This document shows positions 36,600 to 45,785 of a stretch of 64,000 bases of DNA, piece after piece. Where the stretch lies: the sequence record NC_061440.1. One strand, given 5' to 3'. A program made the position numbers and the translations under genes. Under the pieces are notes generated by a model. It did not search any database. It saw nothing but the letters and a program-made list of their open reading frames with translations, and had not been told where the DNA came from. Position 1 is the first letter of the stretch. Each line of letters opens with the position of its first letter.

Positions 36600-37580
36600 A
36601 TGTTGTTTGCATTAGGTTCCTGCCAAAAACGATTTAACGATCACCAGAATAGCGCGATTAACTTCGGTGCTATCTTCGATGACAACGTAACGAAAGACCA
36701 AGCGCTCTCCGATTGGGCAGGTAACGTTGCTCGCGCTGTTGCCGTATGCAACACAAAATCAGGAAACAGTCTGACGACAGGTCAGGTGCAAGGTCTAAAG
36801 GGCAATCGCCTGTATGCAGCCACAATATTCAGTCCGTCTATCAAACGCAGCTACGGCGATGCCAACTCGGCAATGTCCTTATCTGATTTGCGTCTGATAC
36901 AGCCTGCACCTGTAGCGTTAAACAATGCCGCCCCAACAACAATGGGAGAGCTTGGTTTCATACTGGCCGAACGTAGTGTCATGTATATGTTCAGGTCAGG
37001 AGGAACACCTCAACTGTACAGCACATACAACACTGCGCAAAGCTATAGCGCTCGCGCAGGCAGCGATGTAATCTACACCGTCACTACGGTCAACTCCCTG
37101 CACTACACACGTACAGCACGTATGCCCACAACACCGACAGGTAGTGTGACAACATCTGGCTCCGACATAACAGTGACGTCAGCGATAGGCTACGCGAATG
37201 TTGGTACAGCACAGGCGTCTGGTCAGTTCTTCGGAACGATTGATGGTGGATATCGCTATCAAATAAGCGGGCGTAATGCGCAAGGTCAGTTCTACACCAA
37301 CGACCCTGTTTTCTATAACGGTAATGGGCTATACGGTAACGTTGTACAAAACACTGATCGTAACCTGCGTATATCCATGGCTGTCAGTGGAGCTAACGAA
37401 ACGCCTGTGCCTAAATGGATGGGTAACGTGATTCAGATTGGCCGAGACTACTTCATGATGCGGTATGATATCGGAAGTGGTCTTGATCTGGAGAGCACCG
37501 CAACTCTTGTGCCTGGTGATAATGCTACGTTTACGCTTAACGCAACCAACTTAACATATCCTGACAGAGTATTAATGTAA
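36600..37580 (+). CDS. putative virion appendage protein (orphan paralog of the 55-61 kb array)
   Basis: T/S/G/N/Y-rich; N- and C-terminal patterns resemble the - strand structural paralogs; TAATTT at 36567. Confidence 0.6.
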   Translation: MLFALGSCQKRFNDHQNSAINFGAIFDDNVTKDQALSDWAGNVARAVAVCNTKSGNSLTTGQVQGLKGNRLYAATIFSPSIKRSYGDANSAMSLSDLRLIQPAPVALNNAAPTTMGELGFILAERSVMYMFRSGGTPQLYSTYNTAQSYSARAGSDVIYTVTTVNSLHYTRTARMPTTPTGSVTTSGSDITVTSAIGYANVGTAQASGQFFGTIDGGYRYQISGRNAQGQFYTNDPVFYNGNGLYGNVVQNTDRNLRISMAVSGANETPVPKWMGNVIQIGRDYFMMRYDIGSGLDLESTATLVPGDNATFTLNATNLTYPDRVLM

Positions 37581-37588
37581 GGACGACT

Positions 37589-38011
37589 ATGCTTCCTCTA
37601 GCACCAGCAACCAGAGTAGTCAGTATGCGCAACGGCAATAAGGACTATGATGTTCGTATTGACCGTGAAACCAAATGGGGCAACAAGTTCTATATGACCC
37701 ACGAGACTGTCGCAGAACGTAATCGTGTATGCGATGAACATGAAACTGACTTGTGGGAGAAGATAGAGAACGGTGAGATATTGTTGCGCCACCTTCTCGA
37801 ACTCTACGGAAAGAAACTTGGTTGTTGGTGCAGTCCAAAGCGTTGTCACGGTGACGCGTTGGTCAGAGCCGCAGAATGGGCATATCAGCTAAACTGTAAA
37901 TACGAGCGTATAAAACGTACTTACAGGAAAAGGCGAAATGCGAAGCGTAAACAAGCAGCGCAAAGTAAAAGCGCAAACACTCGTAACAAGAAGAAAATTC
38001 CTCGGCAGTAG
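37589..38011 (+). CDS. DUF4326 domain protein
   Basis: DVRIDRETKWGNKF...L.GKKLGCWCSPKRCHGDAL. Confidence 0.85.
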   Translation: MLPLAPATRVVSMRNGNKDYDVRIDRETKWGNKFYMTHETVAERNRVCDEHETDLWEKIENGEILLRHLLELYGKKLGCWCSPKRCHGDALVRAAEWAYQLNCKYERIKRTYRKRRNAKRKQAAQSKSANTRNKKKIPRQ

Positions 38012-38018
38012 CCCTTCA

Positions 38019-38516
38019 ATGAAAGCCCTGAGCTGGGAAGTGTTCCAGAGCACATTCAAAGATGTTGCTTACGGACAGTTTCGCCTAGCTTGGGGCGCCT
38101 CTCTGGTAACAATCCATACGCTCGATCAGACACGCCCTAATTGTGATTACGAGTACCTTGAAAAACTCGATAAGCTGATTGACGCCCTCAAGACGTTTAC
38201 TCCAATCGTAGGCACGACCAACCAAGCAGCATTCCGTGAGTGGCTTAATCCTCTGGACACGTCTGCTACTGGAAGCGTTGCATACCACTACGATGTTGAG
38301 TCAACCGAATCCATCATCTACTTTGAACTGGCCAGTTGCGACGATAAGATTCGAATCTACCCTCATCACTTCCCTGCACCTCAGTTGAAAAACATGGTCC
38401 GTTGTTTGGATAACATCCGTGTGGAACTCGTCAACCATAGGGCGACTTACGTGCGTTTGATGAAGCAAATAGAATCTGTAAAGATCGGCTATACAGAACA
38501 AAAACAGGTGGCTTAA
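38019..38516 (+). CDS. hypothetical protein
   Basis: ORF in operon. Confidence 0.65.
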   Translation: MKALSWEVFQSTFKDVAYGQFRLAWGASLVTIHTLDQTRPNCDYEYLEKLDKLIDALKTFTPIVGTTNQAAFREWLNPLDTSATGSVAYHYDVESTESIIYFELASCDDKIRIYPHHFPAPQLKNMVRCLDNIRVELVNHRATYVRLMKQIESVKIGYTEQKQVA

Positions 38517-38519
38517 AAC

Positions 38520-38855
38520 ATGGCTCTAAATCATTTGCAGTATGCCCTTGGTCTGTTGGCCAAGGCAAGCGCACAGGTATCTCAGGCAGCACTTGACTGC
38601 CAGCAGCACGGCTTCGATCACGTAGACCCTAAGAGTCTCGTGGCACTGACAGCGCGTGAGCATTTGATCAGCGGTCTGGACGATGTTGCTGCGGCTGTGC
38701 TGTTCGTCGAGCGTGAAGCTGGACCACACTTCGAGTTCGTGCCTGATACTCGTCGTGCGCTTAACAAGATGGACCAGTTGCGTTCTCAGTTAGGCTTCGC
38801 TATTGAATCAGGTCATGCAGAGGGTTACGAGGACGAGGAGGACGAGGAAGAATGA
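38520..38855 (+). CDS. degenerate MazG-like protein
   Basis: LLAKASAQVSQAALDC..HG resembles LAEECAEV.QA..K..RFG with the acidic residues lost. Confidence 0.45.
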   Translation: MALNHLQYALGLLAKASAQVSQAALDCQQHGFDHVDPKSLVALTAREHLISGLDDVAAAVLFVEREAGPHFEFVPDTRRALNKMDQLRSQLGFAIESGHAEGYEDEEDEEE

Positions 38856-39361
38856 GCTACACGATGATCGTTCAGCACAACATCAAGCTGAAAACAAATA
38901 CGCCTAAGAAAGTGATCAATAAGATTCGTGCTTGGCATCGTGAACCGTGGGCGTTCGACTATCTTAATCGTCATTTCAAAATCGACGTGTATCGTGCTCT
39001 AGGCCCAGGTTGCGGCCGCTGCTTCAATCTTCGTGCGAAGCAGATCTTCAACGTCGGTAGCGGTGTTGTGCCGCATATCCGCACTACTGCGTTGTTCAGT
39101 CGCGGTAAAGATGGCGTTGAAGCGCTTCAACAATTCTTCGACTGTCTGGCCGAGTACATTGCTAACACCGACGAGGTGATTGCAGTCATTCGCGGTGAAG
39201 ACGGCCTGTTTGACCAAAACGAAGGCATGACCAATATGTTTGAGGACGTGCCTAAAGCCTATGGCTATTATGCAGTGCGCATCGTTAACGATCACGCCAA
39301 AATCGAATGGACGGTTGACGATATCTATGAACAATTACCTTGGGTAACCTATGCTTACTAA
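38852..39361 (+). CDS. hypothetical protein
   Basis: ATGA coupling. Confidence 0.65.
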   Translation: MSYTMIVQHNIKLKTNTPKKVINKIRAWHREPWAFDYLNRHFKIDVYRALGPGCGRCFNLRAKQIFNVGSGVVPHIRTTALFSRGKDGVEALQQFFDCLAEYIANTDEVIAVIRGEDGLFDQNEGMTNMFEDVPKAYGYYAVRIVNDHAKIEWTVDDIYEQLPWVTYAY

Positions 39362-40025
39362 CATTGCTCGACTTGTCGCTACACAAGCACACGCTGGTCA
39401 GGTACGCAAGTACACTAACGAGCCGTATGTCAATCACCCTGAACGTGTATCTGCCTGGCTTTCCCAGTTTCACGTAGGCGAAGTGATTGAGGCTGCTGCC
39501 CTCTGCCATGATGTGCTGGAAGACTGCGACGTTAGTTACTCTGCGCTCGAAATGACTGTCGGTACTCAGGTTGCAGATCTGGTGCAGGAAGTCACTAACG
39601 GCGTTTATCCTGAAGGTACGCCCCGCATCGAGAAGTATTGGGGAAACATCCTCAAGTTACTGCAAGCCAGTCATCAGGCGCAAACTCTCAAGTGCGGTGA
39701 TATCTACGACAACTGCAAAGACGTGTACGACCGTGACCCGTCTTATGCTGCGCGTTACATCGCAGAGAAGTTCTTCCTCGTGCGTTCGTTCACTCGCGCT
39801 CAGGGTGACGTGCGCGATGCAACGCTAAATCTGCTGTCTGAGATCTATAACGGCATGTCTGACGGCCATAAGATTTACTGTCTGGAGTACATTCAGCACA
39901 TTGGCCGCGAGTGTCCAGACGACATGGTTGTTCGTTTCCACAACATTATGGTTGAAGCCAACACCTACAATGGCTGCACCCTTCGTATCGGGGATAACTA
40001 TGGAACTGCGCCTGCCTCCGTTTAA
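39351..40025 (+). CDS. HD-domain hydrolase, RelA/SpoT (small alarmone hydrolase/Mesh1-like)
   Basis: AHAGQVRKYTNEPYVNHP..V, AALCHDVLED, VQEVT, K.GD..DN. Confidence 0.88.
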   Translation: MLTNIARLVATQAHAGQVRKYTNEPYVNHPERVSAWLSQFHVGEVIEAAALCHDVLEDCDVSYSALEMTVGTQVADLVQEVTNGVYPEGTPRIEKYWGNILKLLQASHQAQTLKCGDIYDNCKDVYDRDPSYAARYIAEKFFLVRSFTRAQGDVRDATLNLLSEIYNGMSDGHKIYCLEYIQHIGRECPDDMVVRFHNIMVEANTYNGCTLRIGDNYGTAPASV

Positions 40026-40374
40026 AACTCGGTCTGTGCTGGTTGAGCACATGGACGTTAAGCAAAAGCAAGCTGTAGCTATTCTGACAGTCAGTGAGAC
40101 TAGCTGGTGGGGATATAAGAAACGGCATTTGCGTATAGCTATGCAATGCCGTAAGACCACACGCAAAGAACCAGAGTGGTCTGCATTAGTTCGCTGGGAT
40201 GATGGCTACATGGTCACGCCAATCTGCAAGGACAGTGACGTCCTGACAGTAGCAACCAATACACTACGCGATATGCGCAACATGAACATGACACATTATG
40301 ATCAGTTGCTTGCGCACCGCCTATCCATTCATATGAGAAAGCATCATGGCAAAACTCTCGCTGCATCTGTTTGA
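40000..40374 (+). CDS. hypothetical protein
   Basis: GGGGA RBS. Confidence 0.6.
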   Translation: MELRLPPFKTRSVLVEHMDVKQKQAVAILTVSETSWWGYKKRHLRIAMQCRKTTRKEPEWSALVRWDDGYMVTPICKDSDVLTVATNTLRDMRNMNMTHYDQLLAHRLSIHMRKHHGKTLAASV

Positions 40375-40729
40375 AAACGTGGTGAACGAACAGGAGTTCG
40401 CTGAACGTCGCTTCCACAAAAGCATTATGTTCATGCACGGTGTATCGTCCAATAGTCCTTACGCCAAAGACAGTCTTCCTGTGACGTTCGCTGTGTACGA
40501 AGTCGGTGATACCCGCACGTATGCTGCAACTGTTGGACAGAAGCTGTCTGAACGGCTACAGGAAGCGATGAACCTTGAGCCTGTGCGTGTTTGGCAGTTG
40601 GTTCGTCGCGGTAATGATGTGTTCTTTGTTGGCGAAAGCTCCGAAGCAATCGTCGCAGACAACGTGGTACCGTTAGAGATTCGTGTGGAGGGAGGGCAAG
40701 ATGCTGAACGCTGCTGGTCCCGCGCTTGA
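40346..40729 (+). CDS. hypothetical protein
   Basis: ORF in operon. Confidence 0.6.
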   Translation: MAKLSLHLFENVVNEQEFAERRFHKSIMFMHGVSSNSPYAKDSLPVTFAVYEVGDTRTYAATVGQKLSERLQEAMNLEPVRVWQLVRRGNDVFFVGESSEAIVADNVVPLEIRVEGGQDAERCWSRA

Positions 40730-41351
40730 GTTAACAACGAAAGACGTTGAAGCGTACTGGCGTGGTCGTGCGTACATTGAAGCCGCTCGTTTGGCTCATG
40801 ATGCGCACGATGACAAGACAGCCAACACCATGACGTATCAGGCGATTGAGCCTTATCTCGAACAAGGCCGTGCTGCTATTGCTGATGAACGAGCGGCGCA
40901 TACAGGTGATGACTTACCTGACGCCGTGTTTGAAGAAGGGCAGACGCTCGAAGCGCGTTTCGTTGTGCTGCTGGCTTTGATGTTGGACAGTGATCGACAG
41001 GAAGTTGGCGGGAAGACGATTCTTTCCATGGCGCATCTGTCTGCGGCGGCGCGTGATAAGAAAATCGTGTTAGTGCTTAACGGCCACAACACCGATCTCG
41101 CTCGCTCTTTGGCCCTTGAGTCTGGTTATGAGGTACGTGACTCAGGCCTGATCGCGGCTATTAGCGAAAAGATGGCCAGATGTTCACAGAGCACAGGTTT
41201 CTTTGAACTTGATACGCCTCGTATCGCCAAAGAGCCTGATGTTAATCTCAAGGCCGTTAGGCAGAAGCATAATCGTGTTGGACGCCATGCAGGTAATCAG
41301 CGCTTCAACGCGAAGCCTCAGCGTCAGAACTTCAAAGGCCGTGGCCGATGA
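40701..41351 (+). CDS. hypothetical protein
   Basis: GGAGG RBS; basic tail. Confidence 0.65.
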   Translation: MLNAAGPALELTTKDVEAYWRGRAYIEAARLAHDAHDDKTANTMTYQAIEPYLEQGRAAIADERAAHTGDDLPDAVFEEGQTLEARFVVLLALMLDSDRQEVGGKTILSMAHLSAAARDKKIVLVLNGHNTDLARSLALESGYEVRDSGLIAAISEKMARCSQSTGFFELDTPRIAKEPDVNLKAVRQKHNRVGRHAGNQRFNAKPQRQNFKGRGR

Positions 41352-41716
41352 TTCACGAAATGTATGCGATTGAGTACGCGAATAATGTTCCCACGCGTAT
41401 TCACGTATTTCGTCCAGAGAAAGACACGCAGCAATCTGATTACCGTGCGCTCGTCAGCATGGGCGCTTTCGATAAGCATATGGGTTTGATATGTGCTCGT
41501 GATCTTGCAGCGAAACGCTTCTGGTTGAAACGCAAGTTCGAATGGGAACAACTGGTGGAGAGCGACAGGCGTATGATGCGCCTACGTCATTCTCCTATTT
41601 GGATTAATCTTCCAAAGCAGATACACGATGACCTGTGGTCGTTCTATCGTGCAGTCGGCTGGGACTACAAGAGCAAGCGATTCGTTGACCAAAAATCCAC
41701 TATCTCTGCCGTGTGA
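41348..41716 (+). CDS. hypothetical protein
   Basis: ATGA coupling. Confidence 0.6.
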   Translation: MIHEMYAIEYANNVPTRIHVFRPEKDTQQSDYRALVSMGAFDKHMGLICARDLAAKRFWLKRKFEWEQLVESDRRMMRLRHSPIWINLPKQIHDDLWSFYRAVGWDYKSKRFVDQKSTISAV

Positions 41717-41847
41717 AGTAACTAGCTTACTCGCGGTATCAACGCGCAGCGGGAAATTTCTCGAAGTGCTGAATAGCAACATCATTATACCAGCCGGGCA
41801 AAGTATCAGTCATGTTGTCGATGCCGCCCTTGTTGAGGGGAACATTC

Positions 41848-42195
41848 ATGAGCCTGAAAGACTGGTTGATAACGACGGAGACAGTCATCCATAAGATGGT
41901 TGTCGATCCAAAAGAAGGTACGGCAGCAGGTCTGGTCGAGACTGTCTACTACGGACCTAAACGCACTGGCGGGCAGCGTCTGCACAGCGCAACTCTGTCC
42001 TGCGTCTGCCATGATATCTATCGTCGCCATTTGACGTGGACTGATATTAATGGCATGGCAGACTTGCTGCCTAAGTATAACACCGCGAAGTCATTGAGCC
42101 GTAGACTGCGCACCGAAATAAACAAACTCGTAGCTGAGGGTAAAATCAATGGCGAGTCCATTATCAGAGATGCGTATCGGCAGCCCACTGCCTGA
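41848..42195 (+). CDS. hypothetical protein
   Basis: GAGGGG RBS. Confidence 0.6.
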   Translation: MSLKDWLITTETVIHKMVVDPKEGTAAGLVETVYYGPKRTGGQRLHSATLSCVCHDIYRRHLTWTDINGMADLLPKYNTAKSLSRRLRTEINKLVAEGKINGESIIRDAYRQPTA

Positions 42196-42871
42196 TTCAA
42201 AAGAACTTATCGCCAAGCAGTTGCGCGACGGTACGATTGAATTCCTGTCGGGCGTGGATGCTCTGGACGCATTAAGCACCGTGACGCTGCGCTCTGCTTC
42301 TGAAATCGGTCTGGATGTATTGAACGGTACTTGGTGCTTCTCGCCTAAGTATATGTACGAAACGCGTCATCCAGTTTCGTACACGTTCGGACACACGCAA
42401 GCGAAAGAGATCGGCGGGTACAGTGACCTGCTGCACACGATGGTGCAGAAAGCCGCGCAAGAGTTCTACTACGGACCTCTTGGTCTTATCCGCAAGTTCC
42501 TCATTCAGCATGAAGCACAGACAGGGAAGACTGACCTGTTGCTGCCTCAGGAGTGGTCTGTTGTTATCGACGACAACCTGAAAATGCAGGACTTCCTGGG
42601 CGTCATCGAAGGCTATGTCCGTGGTAACGCACGACAAGCTGTTGCTGCGGCCGTGTATGAACAGTTCTACTCTGACACGCAGAACCCAACTCGGCCTGTC
42701 CGTCTGGTGTACAAGCGTTCGGGTGTTTGGATTTACCCTGCCGATGATACCAAGATTCGTGGTCGTGGTCAGTTTGATATGACGCCTATTATCCGCTTCA
42801 TTTCGAACCCGAGAGGACACGGCCTCAATCAGGAGATTTTCAAAGCGTATCGTGCGCTCGTAAATCTGTAA
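42149..42871 (+). CDS. hypothetical protein
   Basis: 240-aa ORF. Confidence 0.65.
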   Translation: MASPLSEMRIGSPLPDSKELIAKQLRDGTIEFLSGVDALDALSTVTLRSASEIGLDVLNGTWCFSPKYMYETRHPVSYTFGHTQAKEIGGYSDLLHTMVQKAAQEFYYGPLGLIRKFLIQHEAQTGKTDLLLPQEWSVVIDDNLKMQDFLGVIEGYVRGNARQAVAAAVYEQFYSDTQNPTRPVRLVYKRSGVWIYPADDTKIRGRGQFDMTPIIRFISNPRGHGLNQEIFKAYRALVNL

Positions 42872-42931
42872 ATACTGATTGCTAAAGTTATCCGTTTAAT
42901 CTGACTATCAAATCTCTATAAGGAAAGAATC

Positions 42932-43633
42932 ATGCCTTCTGTTAATGAAGCTCGCTCTCGTTCTGGTGTAGTTGACAACAGCGCCAAGTCGGTCAAAGGT
43001 GCAAACAAAGCAGGTCCTATTAAAGGTGGCGAACGTCCTATGGCGGCCGCTGGTGCTGCTCCTGCGTACCATCAGGTTCAACCGAACGTTCAGCCGGGTA
43101 GTGTTGCCGCTTCTCTGTCAGGCCGCGCTTCAAATATCAGCGTTGCCACTGCTGATCTTGCGACTGTACTGGCCCGTCTGGGCATATATGATGCAGAGCC
43201 TCGTCTGGACCAAACCTCCTGCTCTACCGAAAACGTACTGGCCGTTCTGGACAATCACGTTAACCTCGAAGTGCGTTCTCTCGAAACCTTCCTGACTGCT
43301 GCTATCTACGGCGCCGAAGACAAAGAAGTGTGTGACGAGTGCGATCAGGAAGAAGTGAAGGGCGGCGTTGCTGAAACTAACTACGGCAGCAAGTTCTTCT
43401 ATCACGCCGATGTTATTCACAGCCGTCTGCGCGACATTGATCGCAAGCTGGAGCGTATTCGTGTTTCTCTGCTGGGCGAACGTCCTGCTGTGGCCGAAGC
43501 GAAAACTGCAAACAACGACAGCACCGCCAGCCTGCATCAGTGCGTGTCAGTTCTGATCTCCCGTATTGATACTACGGTTGAGCGTGTGACTGAGCTGACC
43601 TCCGATATCCGTAACGGCCTGCTGGGCGAGTAA
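42932..43633 (+). CDS. hypothetical helical protein
   Basis: AAGGA RBS; CTGTAAATA at 42866; strongly biased codon usage. Confidence 0.75.
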   Translation: MPSVNEARSRSGVVDNSAKSVKGANKAGPIKGGERPMAAAGAAPAYHQVQPNVQPGSVAASLSGRASNISVATADLATVLARLGIYDAEPRLDQTSCSTENVLAVLDNHVNLEVRSLETFLTAAIYGAEDKEVCDECDQEEVKGGVAETNYGSKFFYHADVIHSRLRDIDRKLERIRVSLLGERPAVAEAKTANNDSTASLHQCVSVLISRIDTTVERVTELTSDIRNGLLGE

Positions 43634-43638
43634 TCGTC

Positions 43639-44598
43639 GTGCCTCGTCTTACACCTTCTTTTGGAGAAATAATCGTGATCGATTTTGACAATACTGTTAT
43701 TCGTTTCGACGAAGAACGGCGCCCGTACTACACCGCTCGCGGCGCTAAAGGTAAGTTCGAACGTGTCTATCTGAGCGATGCAGAACAGCAGTCCTACAAA
43801 GAGCACGAAGTAGAAAAACGCGATCGTCTGAACAGCCAGGCTGTAGCGCCTGCGCGTAGTTTCCATGAAAGCGGTCCTACAGGTCCCGTTGGTCCAGGTC
43901 CATGCCCTGTAGGCGAAATCGCAGAACAAGAGCCAGATGAAGTTGATATGCCTATGCCGTTAGAGCTGACCGAAGTTCCTCAGTCTCCTGCTCGTACTCT
44001 GGCCTGTCGCTCCGTTACGCTGATCAACTCCATGGCTGACTTGTCTGGCGCACTGTACGCGTTCGGTGTTATCGACACCAATCACGTCGGTAATCTGACG
44101 CACTTCATCCACCAGCAGATGAACAACGAAGAATGCGGTGAAGACTCTGACGGCGGCCTGGTATCGGCGTATGCTTTCACCAATCGCATCGCTGCAAACC
44201 TGTACCACACGTATAACGACGAGCGCTCCTACAGTCCTATGTTCGTTGTAGCGGAGCACGTAACGCCTGTTGTTACGCTGCTGCAATATCTGATGGGTAT
44301 TGCATTCCCTAACGGTGACATGGCAGTTCGCGCACAGCAACAGGGTCTGATGTATCGTAAGAACGATGACCTGCGTAGCTTGATCGAAGATCTGCAAACC
44401 GTGTACAACAACATTCAGGCTGATCTCGGCTATGCTGGCGAAACGTTTGTTGGTGAAGTCCCTGCTGAAATCGGCGGTGACTTGGTTCTGACAGAAGGCT
44501 TGTCTAAAATCGGTCTGGTTCGTGCTGCCGACGAAATGGTGCAGTACCTGATCAACCGTGTAGACACTCTGGTAAGTATGCTGAACGCAGAAATGTAA
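43639..44598 (+). CDS. hypothetical protein, probable paralog of the upstream gene
   Basis: Shared ADL...L...G..D and LI.R.DT.V patterns. Confidence 0.7.
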   Translation: MPRLTPSFGEIIVIDFDNTVIRFDEERRPYYTARGAKGKFERVYLSDAEQQSYKEHEVEKRDRLNSQAVAPARSFHESGPTGPVGPGPCPVGEIAEQEPDEVDMPMPLELTEVPQSPARTLACRSVTLINSMADLSGALYAFGVIDTNHVGNLTHFIHQQMNNEECGEDSDGGLVSAYAFTNRIAANLYHTYNDERSYSPMFVVAEHVTPVVTLLQYLMGIAFPNGDMAVRAQQQGLMYRKNDDLRSLIEDLQTVYNNIQADLGYAGETFVGEVPAEIGGDLVLTEGLSKIGLVRAADEMVQYLINRVDTLVSMLNAEM

Positions 44599-44616
44599 TT
44601 AGGCGCTGTGGAAATA

Positions 44617-44654
44617 GAAAAGGGCGGCCCTCGTGATGAGAGTCGCCCTTTTTC
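44617..44654. terminator. bidirectional terminator between convergent blocks
   Basis: gaaaagggcggc...gtcgccctttttc. Confidence 0.85.
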
Positions 44655-44655
44655 G

Positions 44656-45120
44656 TTATAACGCCAAACCAATACCAATGGCTGCTGCGATACGTGTCAT
44701 CCACAGCTGGAAGTTCGCTGCCTTTTGGTCTTCAATGCGAGCCTTACGCTCCGCCACCAAATCCTCAGACAAACCGTTAGCCCTCACTTCTTCTGCTTGG
44801 GCTAAACGCAGTAACTTGTTGCGCTCATCAATCGTAAGGTTGAGAACGTCAATCAACTTGTTGCGCTCTTCGGTACGATCTTGTCCCGCCTTGTACAGGT
44901 TGATCAAATCAACCATGCCCTTATTGTCCAGAACTGCTACCTTCCGCTCATCAATCACTTTGATTTTGACGGCAGGCTTGGCAGGAACCTTCTCTGGCGT
45001 CCACTCAACACGATTAATCTGCTGAATGTCCTGCATGGTCGTTTTCTTCTGCTCGCTAATCCCAGACAGTGAACTGCATCCAGAAACGAGCAACAACAGG
45101 AGTAACGTGATTATTCTCAT
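44656..45120 (-). CDS. outer-membrane lipoprotein spanin candidate
   Basis: Lipobox LLVSGC, coiled-coil body, hydrophobic C-terminus. Confidence 0.7.
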   Translation of the reverse strand: MRIITLLLLLLVSGCSSLSGISEQKKTTMQDIQQINRVEWTPEKVPAKPAVKIKVIDERKVAVLDNKGMVDLINLYKAGQDRTEERNKLIDVLNLTIDERNKLLRLAQAEEVRANGLSEDLVAERKARIEDQKAANFQLWMTRIAAAIGIGLAL

Positions 45121-45413
45121 AGCTTATTGTACCTGTCTACCAGCTCATCCATGCTGTCATCTTCTGACGGAGGCTTAACATCAGTCTCAGGCTTCCGCTC
45201 GTTCAGGTCCTTCACCGCATCGTTGACAGTCTGGCTGTCTTGGACTTGGTTCTTGATTGCCTGTTCGCGCGTATTCTCATCGGCTTTCTGCTCACCTGTC
45301 GTAGTCGAAGCGCTTGTCGCAGGACGGCGAAGTAGCAACGCCGACACGATAAGCACCGCAACAGATGCGAAAACCTTCCAGTATTTTCTCAACAACTCAA
45401 TAGCCTTAGACAT
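45117..45413 (-). CDS. inner-membrane spanin (i-spanin) candidate
   Basis: N-terminal TM followed by a polar helical domain; overlaps the lipoprotein gene. Confidence 0.6.
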   Translation of the reverse strand: MSKAIELLRKYWKVFASVAVLIVSALLLRRPATSASTTTGEQKADENTREQAIKNQVQDSQTVNDAVKDLNERKPETDVKPPSEDDSMDELVDRYNKL

Positions 45414-45429
45414 AATCAGCACTCCTGCA

Positions 45430-45732
45430 TTATTCTGCGTCTTCTTTCTTTGCTGCCTTAGAAGTCTGCGTGTTAATCAGGTTCTCAACGGTGAATGCCA
45501 AGCTAAAGTAAGTCAGATGGTCAGTCTGTCCTGCTGTCAGCATACCGATGAACATGCCCGTAGACACAAACACTGCGGCGATAGACGAGATTGGATTTGA
45601 CGTCCAATACTCTTTCCAGTTGAGGCCTTCTCGCTTGGTCTTGACCACATAGTTCATCAAGACTCCGCCGACATATGAAAGCAAGAAGGCTACGATTTGA
45701 ATCGGCGCGAGATTCGTTACTACATCACCCAT
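45430..45732 (-). CDS. holin candidate
   Basis: 100 aa, 2-3 TM segments, charged C-terminus, upstream of the spanins. Confidence 0.6.
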   Translation of the reverse strand: MGDVVTNLAPIQIVAFLLSYVGGVLMNYVVKTKREGLNWKEYWTSNPISSIAAVFVSTGMFIGMLTAGQTDHLTYFSLAFTVENLINTQTSKAAKKEDAE

Positions 45733-45751
45733 TTTCAATACTCCGTATCGA

Positions 45752-45781
45752 CAAAAGAAAGGGAGAGCCGAAGCCCTCCCT
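45752..45781 (-). terminator. rho-independent terminator
   Basis: On the - strand: gggagggc-ttcg-gctctccc-tttctttt. Confidence 0.8.
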
Positions 45782-45785
45782 ATGG

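Noticed and set aside
41628-41894. Possible small gene filling the 41716-41848 gap
   Set aside because: The open frame lacks a credible start codon or RBS in the gap
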